From Rubricoccaceae bacterium (GTDB lineage: Bacteria > Bacteroidota > Rhodothermia > Rhodothermales > Rubricoccaceae): 55,499 nt of DNA. The notes beneath the pieces are model-generated. The model was not told where the DNA came from. It saw only the letters and a list, made by a program, of their open reading frames with translations, and did not search any database. The stretch is taken from assembly GCA_024639085.1 (NCBI GenBank), contig JAHEJB010000001.1:1-55499 (forward strand), in the 5' to 3' direction. Numbering within the stretch: position 1 is the first letter of the stretch; each line of letters opens with the position of its first letter. The position numbers and the translations under genes were made by a program. This document shows positions 20,032-29,137 of the stretch, one piece after another.

Positions 20032-22548
20032 ATGAAGAAAGAGATCATCGTCAACGCGAGCAAAGACCGTTCGCGTATAGCCATCGTGGAGGATGGCGAG
20101 CTTGTAGAGCTCTACGTAGAACATCCTGACAACGTCCGAACCCTCGGCAATATCTATCTGGGACGAATCCGCAAAGTGATGCCCGCAATTCGGGCCGCTT
20201 TCGTTGACATCGGCCAGAAGCAGGACGCGTTTCTACACTTTTCAGATCTGACAGATAACCTCGGCGAACTGCTTGCCATTTCAGGCGAGAGCGTTCCAGG
20301 CTACAAGAAGCGCGTTCTTTCTCACGCTCCGCAGAAACGCGTTGCTGATGATGAGAATGAACCAGACGTTGAAGAAACTCTGGAACTAGAAACTTCGGAT
20401 GATTCCGAGCAATCCGAATCGTCTCGCAGCCGTCGCTCCAGCCGGTCGAGAAGCCGCAGCCGTAGCAGAAATCGACGAGGCGGGCGCTCTCGCCGTGAAG
20501 AGGAGGAAGAGCAGGAAGAGCATGAAGAAACAGTCGGTGCGTCGCCGTTTGTGATTGACCTCACGCTGAAGACAGGACGCGTAGACAAGCCTGCGAAAGC
20601 AAAGTCGGCACGGGAAGAGGTAGTAGATGATCAATCTTCTCCTATCGGAGGAGTTGGAGAAACGGAGGAAGAGGCGGTAAATGCGCCCCCTGAACACAAG
20701 GATCCACCCAGTCCTGTCCCACTTATTGACTTGACCACCGCGGCAACATCGTCCGTTGTTGTAAAAGAGGAAGGAGAAGAAGAAACGGAAGAGATTGACG
20801 ACGATTTATCGGACCGCAAACCGCGCCGCAGAGGGCGTCGTGGGGGGCGCCACCGTGGGCGCAGTAACGAAGACGCTATTGATGATGAAGCATCAGACGA
20901 AGATGTAGCTCCTAAGACTTCAGGCCCGAAGGCCAAAGAGAAACGAGCGGAGAAGGAGTCATCGGCACGACGTTCGTCTCGCGGAAGAAACTCGTCCCGG
21001 CGCTCCGACGACGCGTCTGATCAGAAGGATGAGAAGAAGGAACGAGAGACGTCCAACCAAACGCGCAGCCAGGAAACTGATGAACCGCGGCGCGAACGCC
21101 AATCATCTCGCGGCAACCGCGGCCAGCAGCGCAGTGGCTCCAGCCGAGGCTCAAATCGAGATCAAGATCAATCAAAGCGTTCCGGTCAGCAGGAGAGTCG
21201 GAAAGACCCTGAGCCGCCTTCGGTACGCCCGGAAGAACTGCTGAAGCGCGATCAACGCCTGCTCGTAAAAGTGACGAAGGAGCCGATTTCCAGCAAGGGA
21301 AGCCGCGTTTCGACGGACATCTCTTTTGCTGGCCGTTTCCTCGTGCTGGTTCCGGCAGCCGACTACGTAGCGGTCTCAAAGAAAATCGAATCCGGACGCG
21401 AACGCCGTCGCCTGCGCACATTGGCTACCAGCCTTCGGCCAGATGGATTTGGCGTGATTGTGCGCACAGTAGCAGAGGGCCGCGATGCCAAGACGCTCGA
21501 TACGGACATGCGCCTTCTCGTAGACAAATGGCGCAAAATCTCAGACCAGCTCGACGCAAAGCCAAATCCGCCTGAGCTTCTGTATGAGGACGTAAACATG
21601 ATCTCGTCCATCATCCGGGACCTGTTTACGGAGGATTTCGACCAAATCCTGGTTGATGACCCGAAGCTACACCGCAATATCAAAGCCTACGTCGGTGCGG
21701 TCGCTCCACACATGGTCGATCGCGTGAAGCTGCATCGATCCAACGCCCCACTATTCCGTACCGTAGGAATCGAGCGGGCGGTTGAGCAGGTGTTTTCCAG
21801 CCGCGTCCCCCTTCCGTCCGGGGGCTACCTCTTCATAGAGCATACAGAGGCCATGCACGTCGTTGACGTGAACTCTGGCCGCGCGGGCAAAGGCAAGACG
21901 CAGGCAGAGAACCTCCTGAGCGTGAACCTTGAGGCAGCCCACGAAATTGCTCGCCAGCTGCGTCTCCGTGACTTGGGCGGCATTATCGTCATCGACTTCA
22001 TCGACATGTGGCGGGAGACTGATCGCCGGAAGGTGTACCAGGCGTTGAAGAACGAGTTCAACAAGGACCGGGCGGTGACCAAGCTCCTTCCGATGAGCGA
22101 CTTCGGGCTTATCCAGATTACTCGCCAGCGTCTTCGCCCGAGCATTACGGCAAATGCGGAAGAGGGAGAGCCCGGTGATCCCAAATCCGCTATGGCTGCG
22201 GCCGGTGCGTCCGAAATCAAGCAACCCGAGCGCGACTTTGGTCCACAGCGTCTTGATGAGCCGGTAACGTCGGAAGACCTTGTTATCCGACTGGACAGCT
22301 GGCTCAGGAGCTACAAAGAGAGCGTTCCTGAGCGCTACGCAGATCGTCCGATCAACGTCCGCGTGCATCCACTCTTCCTGACCTATTTGAGGCGCGGCAT
22401 CCTGAACCAGGTCCGTTCATGGAAATGGAGCCTGCGTGGATTGAAGCTTGACGTAGTGGATGACAACACCATCCATCCGTTGGACTTCGACGTGCGCGAT
22501 CGTAAATCAGGCAAGTCGCTTACGGCACGGTACGAGCCGAAGGCCTAG
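20032..22548 (+). CDS. Rne/Rng family ribonuclease with ~315-aa charged low-complexity insertion in the S1 domain
   Basis: N-terminal 'GNIYLGRIRKVMPAIRAAFVDIGQKQDAFLHFSDL' and, about 315 residues later, 'QRLLVKVTKEPISSKGSRVSTDISFAGRFLVLVP'. Catalytic core 'YLFIEHTEAMHVVDVNSGR...GGIIVIDFIDM...TKLLPMSDFGLIQITRQR'. Confidence 0.9.
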   Translation: MKKEIIVNASKDRSRIAIVEDGELVELYVEHPDNVRTLGNIYLGRIRKVMPAIRAAFVDIGQKQDAFLHFSDLTDNLGELLAISGESVPGYKKRVLSHAPQKRVADDENEPDVEETLELETSDDSEQSESSRSRRSSRSRSRSRSRNRRGGRSRREEEEEQEEHEETVGASPFVIDLTLKTGRVDKPAKAKSAREEVVDDQSSPIGGVGETEEEAVNAPPEHKDPPSPVPLIDLTTAATSSVVVKEEGEEETEEIDDDLSDRKPRRRGRRGGRHRGRSNEDAIDDEASDEDVAPKTSGPKAKEKRAEKESSARRSSRGRNSSRRSDDASDQKDEKKERETSNQTRSQETDEPRRERQSSRGNRGQQRSGSSRGSNRDQDQSKRSGQQESRKDPEPPSVRPEELLKRDQRLLVKVTKEPISSKGSRVSTDISFAGRFLVLVPAADYVAVSKKIESGRERRRLRTLATSLRPDGFGVIVRTVAEGRDAKTLDTDMRLLVDKWRKISDQLDAKPNPPELLYEDVNMISSIIRDLFTEDFDQILVDDPKLHRNIKAYVGAVAPHMVDRVKLHRSNAPLFRTVGIERAVEQVFSSRVPLPSGGYLFIEHTEAMHVVDVNSGRAGKGKTQAENLLSVNLEAAHEIARQLRLRDLGGIIVIDFIDMWRETDRRKVYQALKNEFNKDRAVTKLLPMSDFGLIQITRQRLRPSITANAEEGEPGDPKSAMAAAGASEIKQPERDFGPQRLDEPVTSEDLVIRLDSWLRSYKESVPERYADRPINVRVHPLFLTYLRRGILNQVRSWKWSLRGLKLDVVDDNTIHPLDFDVRDRKSGKSLTARYEPKA

Positions 22549-22584
22549 ACGTAAGGCTGGCGATCCGCGAGCTTTGGGCGTAAC

Positions 22585-22604
22585 ATCCGGGGTCTCCCCC
22601 GGAT
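22585..22604 (+). promoter_or_regulatory. stable stem-loop 12 nt upstream of the next start codon
   Basis: ATCCGGGG-tctc-CCCCGGAT, a perfect 8-bp stem with no U-tract. It lies between the rne/rng stop and ATG 22617. Confidence 0.4.
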
Positions 22605-22616
22605 AGCCCAATTGCC

Positions 22617-22913
22617 ATGAAGGTTCCTGCGCTGGTTAAAGCGCTCGAAGAAGCACACCGCAGTCTTGGTGTGCCTGTTCGACGCGAACGTGGACCGTTT
22701 CGAGGTGGTCGCTGCACTGTTGATGGTGAAAACGTGATGGTTCTCAACAAAATGCATCCCGCAGAGGCCCAGATGGCCATTCTGGCCGAAAGCCTCCATA
22801 CGTTGCCGCACGACCAGTTGTACATCCGCCCCGTTGTTCGTGCCGCACTCGAGGACTCGTGGGCAGCGCACACGGCAGATTCGCTCGAAGCGCCAGAATT
22901 CATAGAGGAGTAA
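22617..22913 (+). CDS. hypothetical small protein (98 aa)
   Basis: Clean ATG ORF. Its stop TAA (22911-22913) lies 2 nt before the GTG of the next gene, which suggests coupling. No domain recognised. Confidence 0.55.
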   Translation: MKVPALVKALEEAHRSLGVPVRRERGPFRGGRCTVDGENVMVLNKMHPAEAQMAILAESLHTLPHDQLYIRPVVRAALEDSWAAHTADSLEAPEFIEE

Positions 22914-22915
22914 CT

Positions 22916-23722
22916 GTGTCGTCGCTTCGGGCCACGCTGTTGGGAACGGGGACATCAACTGGCGTTCCCGTCATCGGCTGTTCGTGTACCGTTTGTACGT
23001 CAGAGGATCCCCGTGACAATCGCCTTCGATGTTCGGCCTACATCGTCGCGGAAACGGACGAGGGTCCGATCCATCTAGTCATTGATACGGGTCCCGATCT
23101 TCGTCAGCAGGCCCTGAGATACGGCGTAGAGAAGGTGGACGGCGTCCTTTATACACACCACCACTTTGACCATATAGTTGGCGTGGATGATCTCCGACCT
23201 TACTGTTTCAGTCCACGGACTTCCATTCCGTGTTATGCCAACGAGGAGACTGCTGATTCGCTGCGAGGCACACATGGCTACATATTTAAAGACGGCACCT
23301 ATCCGGGCATCGTCAAACTGTCCTTGCACGAGATCGATGGGCCATTCTCGGTTGGAAGTCGCTATGGACACAATGGTTCTGTCACTGTGATCCCCGTGCC
23401 GGCACGGCACGGCGACATGGATGTTCTGGGCTTTCGGATCGGCCGCTTCGCCTATCTGACGGACGTGAATGCTGTGACGGAGGAGAGCTTCGCTCTACTG
23501 GCAGACGTCGAAGTGCTGATTCTGGATGGACTCAGAGAAACGCCGCATCAGACGCACTTCACGTTCGCTGAAGCAACGGCCGTTGCACAGCGAGTTGCCG
23601 CGAGGGAAACTTATTTTATCCACATGACGCACACGGTGCTTCACGCCGAAATGAATGCGCAACTTCCGGAGGGCATTCAACTAGCGTACGACGGACTGAC
23701 GCTCTACGTAGAGGGCGAATGA
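22916..23722 (+). CDS. MBL-fold metallo-hydrolase (PhnP/GPX-like)
   Basis: 'LLGTGTSTGVPVIGCSCTVCTS.DPRDNRLRCS', 'VIDTGPDLRQQ', 'VLYTHHHFDHIVGVDDLR'. Start set at GTG 22916. The track's upstream start would overlap the preceding ORF. Confidence 0.85.
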   Translation: MSSLRATLLGTGTSTGVPVIGCSCTVCTSEDPRDNRLRCSAYIVAETDEGPIHLVIDTGPDLRQQALRYGVEKVDGVLYTHHHFDHIVGVDDLRPYCFSPRTSIPCYANEETADSLRGTHGYIFKDGTYPGIVKLSLHEIDGPFSVGSRYGHNGSVTVIPVPARHGDMDVLGFRIGRFAYLTDVNAVTEESFALLADVEVLILDGLRETPHQTHFTFAEATAVAQRVAARETYFIHMTHTVLHAEMNAQLPEGIQLAYDGLTLYVEGE

Positions 23723-23744
23723 CGACTATTTTCGGGCGCCTCAG

Positions 23745-24194
23745 TTGATAGACCATACCTTGCGCCTCCTCATTCTAAACGGTCCCAATTTGAATCTTCT
23801 TGGCTCGCGAGAGACCGAGATTTATGGCTCAACCTCGCTCGATTCAATTGAGGAGGGGATACGGTCAACGTTTCCTGACGTAGACTTCCAATTCGTTCAG
23901 GACAACAAAGAAGGTGTTCTTGTCGACGCCATTCAAGAGGCTGACACCGACGGGTTGGACGGGATCGTTTTCAACCCAGGCGGCTATAGCCACTCGAGTG
24001 TGGCTTTGCGGGATGCCATTGCAGCGATCACCACGCCAGTTGTAGAGGTTCACATTTCCAACGTGCACGCACGGGAAGACTTCCGGCAGAATCTGATTCT
24101 GTCGCCCGTGTGCAGAGGTGTGATAACAGGGCTGGGTCCCTCGGGCTACTATCTTGCCGTTCGGTCGTTTCTTGAGGTCGATTCGAATGGCTGA
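23745..24194 (+). CDS. aroQ: type II 3-dehydroquinate dehydratase
   Basis: 'LLILNGPNLNLLGSRETEIYG', 'FNPGGYSHSSVALRDA', 'VEVHISNVHAREDFR'. TTG start. Confidence 0.95.
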   Translation: MIDHTLRLLILNGPNLNLLGSRETEIYGSTSLDSIEEGIRSTFPDVDFQFVQDNKEGVLVDAIQEADTDGLDGIVFNPGGYSHSSVALRDAIAAITTPVVEVHISNVHAREDFRQNLILSPVCRGVITGLGPSGYYLAVRSFLEVDSNG

Positions 24195-25929
24195 TCCAGC
24201 CGATCCAGAAGAGCAACTGGAAGTCGCAGCCGTTGATCCGGCTCCTAAGCGAAGTGCGGGAAGTGCTGCGTTGCTGATTTCTTTAGGCATCCTGTCCAGC
24301 CGGCTTCTGGGCCTGGTTCGCGAGAAAGTGGTGGCCTACTTCTTTGGCATCGGCGCACATCTGGACGTGTACCAGCTTGTGATGAAGGGGGCCAACCTGC
24401 TCAACAACCTGCTGGGCGAAGGGACGCTTTCCGCGTCATTTATCCCGATCTACAGCCGAATGCTAGAGGAAGGACGTGAGAAAGACGCCGGGCGATTTGC
24501 CGGAGCCGTCTTCGGTCTACTCCTCGTTACGGTGACGATTCTGACGATTGTGGGTGTGCTGGCGGCGAAGTACATCGTCACCTTAATTGCCCCAGGATTT
24601 TTGGGTGATGCGGCGCTCGTAGAAGCGGGAAGCCTCCCAATCAACCGATTCGACCTGGCAGTTTACGCCTTCCGAATAACCTTGCCGATGGCGGCGTTCC
24701 TGGCACTTTCGGCGTGGGCGTTGGGCGTTCTCAACAGCCACCGAAGGTTTTTTCTGCCCTATTTCGCGCCGACGTTGATGAATGCTGCCGTCATCGCGGC
24801 GCTGTTCATCGCTGCGACGATGTTCTTCGACGATCCGTTCGCCGCCGGCGCGCTGCAGATCGTTCCCGTCCCAATCCTGAACAAGCTGCTGATCGCGGCC
24901 GTTCTGGGAGCACTGGTTGGTGGGTTTCTACAGTTTGTGATTCAGCTGCCGCTAGTCTTTCGATTGCTGCGAGGCTTCAGGATTTCGATTTCGAGATCTG
25001 TAGAAGGCGTTCAGGATGCAATTAGTGCATTCGGACCGGTCGTTGCGGGGCGGGGCGTGGCACAACTCTCCAGCTATGTGGATGTCATCCTGGCCGGCCT
25101 CGCAACGGCAGGAACGCTCGGAGCTCTTCGTCCGGCGCTCGTGCTGTACATGCTACCTATCTCACTATTCGGGATGAGCGTGGCGGCGAGCGAACTCCCA
25201 GAACTCTCTCGCCTCAGCGCCGAGAAGCTGACAGCGTTTCTCGATCGGGTCGAGCGCTCAACGCGGCAAATGCTATACCTCATTATTCCGACCGTAGTCG
25301 GCTATCTCGCATTCGGTCTGCTGATCGTCGGCGCGTTGTTCGGCGGTGGTGCGTTCGACAAAGGCGATACGTGGCTCGTCTACCTGATCCTTGTCGGATA
25401 CACACTGGGCCTTGGCGCAACGTCTGTTTCAAGGCTTCTCCAGAACAGCTTTTATGCACTAAACGACACAAAGACGCCCGCTAAGATTGCCGTCCTGCGC
25501 GTGGTTGTGTCAGGGGGCATCGGGGCGGCACTCATGTTCTGGCTGGACGGGTTCGGGCTTGTGGACACGCTGAATCTCCCGCCCGCAGCCCATCCGCTCA
25601 CGCTTGCGGCTGTCGGTCTCGCGCTGGGCGCATCATGTGGAGCCTGGGTTGAATTGTTTGCGCTTCGATACGCGCTGCGAAATCGCGTAACAGACTTCCA
25701 CCTTCCAGCATCTCGCGCCTTTCAAATGGTCGGTCTTGCGTTAGGTGCGGCGGTTCTGGCGTTTGGTTTCCAGATGCTGCTTCGGGGTTCAGGTCTTCCT
25801 GTCTTCGTTGAGGCTGTGTTGGTTGTGGGGCTCTTCGGCGTCGTTTATCTCGCGCTCGGCCATCTGCTCAAATTTGAGGAAGGCAAGGCGTGGACCGGCC
25901 GATTCCTCGGACGCGCAAAACGTAAGTGA
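24187..25929 (+). CDS. murJ: lipid II flippase MurJ
   Basis: 'LSSRLLGLVREKVVAYFFG', 'SASFIPIYS', about 14 TM helices, 'LQNSFYALNDTKTPAKIA'. ATG 24187 overlaps the aroQ stop by 8 nt. Confidence 0.92.
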   Translation: MADPADPEEQLEVAAVDPAPKRSAGSAALLISLGILSSRLLGLVREKVVAYFFGIGAHLDVYQLVMKGANLLNNLLGEGTLSASFIPIYSRMLEEGREKDAGRFAGAVFGLLLVTVTILTIVGVLAAKYIVTLIAPGFLGDAALVEAGSLPINRFDLAVYAFRITLPMAAFLALSAWALGVLNSHRRFFLPYFAPTLMNAAVIAALFIAATMFFDDPFAAGALQIVPVPILNKLLIAAVLGALVGGFLQFVIQLPLVFRLLRGFRISISRSVEGVQDAISAFGPVVAGRGVAQLSSYVDVILAGLATAGTLGALRPALVLYMLPISLFGMSVAASELPELSRLSAEKLTAFLDRVERSTRQMLYLIIPTVVGYLAFGLLIVGALFGGGAFDKGDTWLVYLILVGYTLGLGATSVSRLLQNSFYALNDTKTPAKIAVLRVVVSGGIGAALMFWLDGFGLVDTLNLPPAAHPLTLAAVGLALGASCGAWVELFALRYALRNRVTDFHLPASRAFQMVGLALGAAVLAFGFQMLLRGSGLPVFVEAVLVVGLFGVVYLALGHLLKFEEGKAWTGRFLGRAKRK

Positions 25930-25931
25930 CG

Positions 25932-26882
25932 ATGATTAACAGGTGTCGGGGATCTGCAGCCATCTTGCTAAATCGTGCACGATTGGTTGCACTTCTACTT
26001 TTGCTGTGCGGCGTCGCAACGGCTCAGAATAGATCCGTCGCCATCACCTTCGACGATTTGCCGGGCATGGGTGGACTCGCATGCCGCGGGGATGCCGTCC
26101 TGGACGTGAACAATCGCCTACTGGCGCAACTGGTTGCCAACGAAGTTCCTTCTATCGGTTTTGTTAACGAAGGGAGGGGGTGCCCTCAACTAGTTGAAGA
26201 CGTGTTAAACCTCTGGATGGACGCGGGGATGGAACTCGGCAATCACACTGCAACACATCCCGACATCAATGATCTAACCGTCGCAGACTACCTGAAGGAC
26301 ATTGTTGACGGAGAAAAGATCACGCGCCGTCTGATTCAGGAACGGGGGATGGGCTCTCTGCGCTACTTCCGCCATCCGTTTCTGCATACTGGAGATTCCG
26401 CTGAGAAGAAATCAGCGGTAGAGGCATTTCTTCGCGAGCGCGGATACACAATCGCTCCTGTCACGATCGACAACGACGAATGGTTATTTGCCCGCGCTTA
26501 TGCGCGAGCACTTGCAGGGGATGCATCGCCGGAAACTTTACGCCGAATCGAGACAACCTATGTAGAGTGGCTCGATTCCGTCGTCGCACACTTCGAGACC
26601 TGGTCGGTCGAAGTTGTGGGTTATGAAATCGCTCAGGTGCTCCTTCTCCATGCCAACGAAATAAATGCGGCCACGTTTGGTGACATCGCTGCACTCTTCG
26701 TGCGACGAGGCTACCGGTTCATTACGCTCGAAGAAGCGCTGCGGGATCCCGGCTACGCCCAACCCGATCCATACGTCGGCGAATGGGGAATTTCGTGGCT
26801 CCACCGCTGGGCTCGAGGCAAAGGCCTGGAAGTTCAGTGGGAGCCTGATGCGCCTGAGTGGATTGCCGATTTCGGCAACTAG
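25932..26882 (+). CDS. polysaccharide deacetylase (NodB-type) family protein, secreted
   Basis: Signal peptide, 'VAITFDDLP', 'GNHTATHPD', 'FRHPFLHTG'. Confidence 0.88.
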   Translation: MINRCRGSAAILLNRARLVALLLLLCGVATAQNRSVAITFDDLPGMGGLACRGDAVLDVNNRLLAQLVANEVPSIGFVNEGRGCPQLVEDVLNLWMDAGMELGNHTATHPDINDLTVADYLKDIVDGEKITRRLIQERGMGSLRYFRHPFLHTGDSAEKKSAVEAFLRERGYTIAPVTIDNDEWLFARAYARALAGDASPETLRRIETTYVEWLDSVVAHFETWSVEVVGYEIAQVLLLHANEINAATFGDIAALFVRRGYRFITLEEALRDPGYAQPDPYVGEWGISWLHRWARGKGLEVQWEPDAPEWIADFGN

Positions 26883-28012
26883 ATCACCGCTGGTTCGAGC
26901 ATTCTTAGCATCCCCATCGTCGAGTCCGTAATTACAGGAATGCCAATCGGCAGCGTGTAAACCGGGGAAACGTGGCCAATGGGAGCGCCCGTCCATGCGG
27001 GTTTGCGAAGAGAGAGCAGGTGATCTCGCAGCAGCCATGTGAGTCCACCGTCCCCCGAATCATCTATGCAGTGCGAGCACTGGCCAAATACGATGGCAGC
27101 GGCATCGTTAAACGATCCGGCCAGAACGAACTGCGTCAGAAGTCGATCCACGCGGTACAACTGTTCGCGGACTTCCTCGAAGAACACGACGTGGTTCGCA
27201 AAGTCGGGCATGTAGGGCGTTCCGATCAGCGCGGACACCACGGAAAGGTTCCCACCAACCAGCGGTCCCTCGGCAATTCCTCCTCGAATAGGCCGGATCG
27301 GGTCGCGGCGACCGCGAGTCTCTCCGAGTTCAGCGGGATCGAGGTGCAGGCGTTGGCCACGCATCAATACATCCCGGAAGGCCTCAACCGTACGGACGTT
27401 CCACGTGCTGCGTCCAACGGGTCCGTGGAATGTCACTAGCCCGCTTTTGGCGTAGATGGCGAGCAGGAGCGCCGTGATGTCCGAGTAGCCAATCAATGCT
27501 TTTGGATTTGCCCGGATCACATCGTAGTCGAGCAACGGTAGAATTCGAGCACATCCCCAACCTCCGCGTAGCGCAAGAATGGCATCCACATCAGGATCCA
27601 TGAACATCTCCATGATGTCGTCGGCACGTTGTGCGTCGGTGCCTGCCAGGTATCCGTGGCGCGACATCACGTGCCGTCCCGCCTTCGTCCTGAAACCCAT
27701 TCGGTCCAGTTGCTCTTCCGTCTCTTCCAACTGGCTCCGTCGATCCATCCGTCCAGCTGGAGCAACCAGACCAATTTGAGAGCCAGGGCGTAGTCTGGGT
27801 GGCCGAAGTAAGGGGCGAGCGCCAGTTGCCGGACCAGCCGGAGGGAAGTTGCTCTCCGGCACGCGTTGAGCGTTCGCCGCTAGCGCTACGGGAGCCGCGA
27901 GTGCGCCTAGGCCCAACGTGCGCAGCATGCTGCGCCGCGAAACGGCCTGGGATTGTTCATCTGGGAGAGACACGGTGCTACGAATCTGGTTGGGGGACGT
28001 GGAGCACGGCAA
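26879..28012 (-). CDS. LD-carboxypeptidase (peptidase S66) with twin-arginine signal
   Basis: Tat motif 'SRRSMLRTLGLGALAAP'. S66 nucleophile context 'LIGYSDITALLLAIY', plus downstream 'FFEEV' and 'APIGHVSP'. The start is TTG 28012 or GTG 27973. Confidence 0.85.
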   Translation of the reverse strand: MPCSTSPNQIRSTVSLPDEQSQAVSRRSMLRTLGLGALAAPVALAANAQRVPESNFPPAGPATGARPLLRPPRLRPGSQIGLVAPAGRMDRRSQLEETEEQLDRMGFRTKAGRHVMSRHGYLAGTDAQRADDIMEMFMDPDVDAILALRGGWGCARILPLLDYDVIRANPKALIGYSDITALLLAIYAKSGLVTFHGPVGRSTWNVRTVEAFRDVLMRGQRLHLDPAELGETRGRRDPIRPIRGGIAEGPLVGGNLSVVSALIGTPYMPDFANHVVFFEEVREQLYRVDRLLTQFVLAGSFNDAAAIVFGQCSHCIDDSGDGGLTWLLRDHLLSLRKPAWTGAPIGHVSPVYTLPIGIPVITDSTMGMLRMLEPAVI

Positions 28013-28144
28013 TCCATCTTCATGCCGTAACCCGCTGGAAAGTAATCGAAAGCAGCCCGCTTCACACAGATAGTACGCGCATCGGTCACTTTTCTCGCGC
28101 CAGAGGAACGCTTAGCTTTGCGGACCTATGTTCGATGGAACCCG

Positions 28145-28600
28145 ATGAGTCGCATCATCAACGTCGGCGACACGCCAGCAAAACGCCGCAACGCCCACAT
28201 GCGCAGTTGCGCTGAAGTTCTGAGGCTACTCGCCCAGAACCCGAGTCTGGCATCAGGGCAGTTCGATGAGGAAGCCAGGGACATGGCCGCATTCCTAGTT
28301 CACAGCCTTCGCGGCATTGAGGAAACCATCGAAACAAGTGCGCAGGCCTGGGACGACCGGAACTACTGGAAGAAGTCGGAGAAGCTTAGAGACGACTGGC
28401 GATGGACACGCAAAGCCGCAGATGAACTTGAGTCCCACATGCTAAACGACGCCTGGCGTGAGCTTCCGCCCGCGTTGATTGCACTCGTGCCGCACTTCCA
28501 GTCCGTAACGATCGCCAAACTGATGCGCGATAGCGACTGGTGGGTGGGCGCGTACCGGGCGATGGTCAAGAAGGCGGAAAAAGCCGGGACAGGAGCTTGA
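28145..28600 (+). CDS. hypothetical protein (151 aa, helical, Trp-rich)
   Basis: ATG 28145 (the track's TTG is at 28118). Its stop overlaps the next gene's ATG (TGATG at 28598-28602). No domain recognised. Confidence 0.6.
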   Translation: MSRIINVGDTPAKRRNAHMRSCAEVLRLLAQNPSLASGQFDEEARDMAAFLVHSLRGIEETIETSAQAWDDRNYWKKSEKLRDDWRWTRKAADELESHMLNDAWRELPPALIALVPHFQSVTIAKLMRDSDWWVGAYRAMVKKAEKAGTGA

Positions 28601-29052
28601 TGGAAGAGCTCCGGGCATTTCCCGCCTACTCCTTCACGACACAGCAGCGCGACGGGAAATCATTCATCCTGGACGAGGTTCGTCAGAAGTGGGTTCGTCT
28701 TACGCCTGAAGAGTGGGTTCGGCAGCACCTTCTCTGTGCGCTCAAGGATTACGGCTACCCGCGAGGATTGACCGCTGTCGAGAAAGGGTTTGATTACAAC
28801 GGACGTACATGGCGCGCGGACGTCGCCGTATTTGACAGCAAGCATTCTCCGCTCCTCCTAGCCGAGTGCAAGGCGCCGAACGTCCCGATTACCGAAGCCG
28901 TGTTCGATCAGGTTGCGCGGTACAATGCGGTCATAATGTCGCGCGTGTTCCTTGTAACAAATGGGCATGTTCTCCACTGCGGTGTTGTGGACAAAGGCAG
29001 CGTCCGTTTCCTTGATTCTCTTCCTGCCCACACCGAGATCCTCATTCCCTAA
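28600..29052 (+). CDS. HsdR N-terminal-domain (PD-(D/E)XK nuclease fold) protein
   Basis: 'FILDEVRQKWVRLTPEEWVRQHL...GYPRGLTAVEK......RADVAVFDSKHSPLLLAECKAPNVPI..AVFDQVARY'. The D...ECK motif is present. Start set at ATG 28600. Confidence 0.85.
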   Translation: MEELRAFPAYSFTTQQRDGKSFILDEVRQKWVRLTPEEWVRQHLLCALKDYGYPRGLTAVEKGFDYNGRTWRADVAVFDSKHSPLLLAECKAPNVPITEAVFDQVARYNAVIMSRVFLVTNGHVLHCGVVDKGSVRFLDSLPAHTEILIP

Positions 29053-29137
29053 AGTTTGCGGCTCTCCGCGATATCTCGTTTCTTCTGGCCGACACCAGAA
29101 GCGAGTATTTTTCGGTCCCCGTGTCTTTTCTCACATT

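Noticed and set aside
20912-22368. Several 130-205-aa minus-strand ORFs inside the Rne/Rng gene
   Set aside because: They lie antisense to the conserved catalytic core and the low-complexity insert, and they have no independent support.
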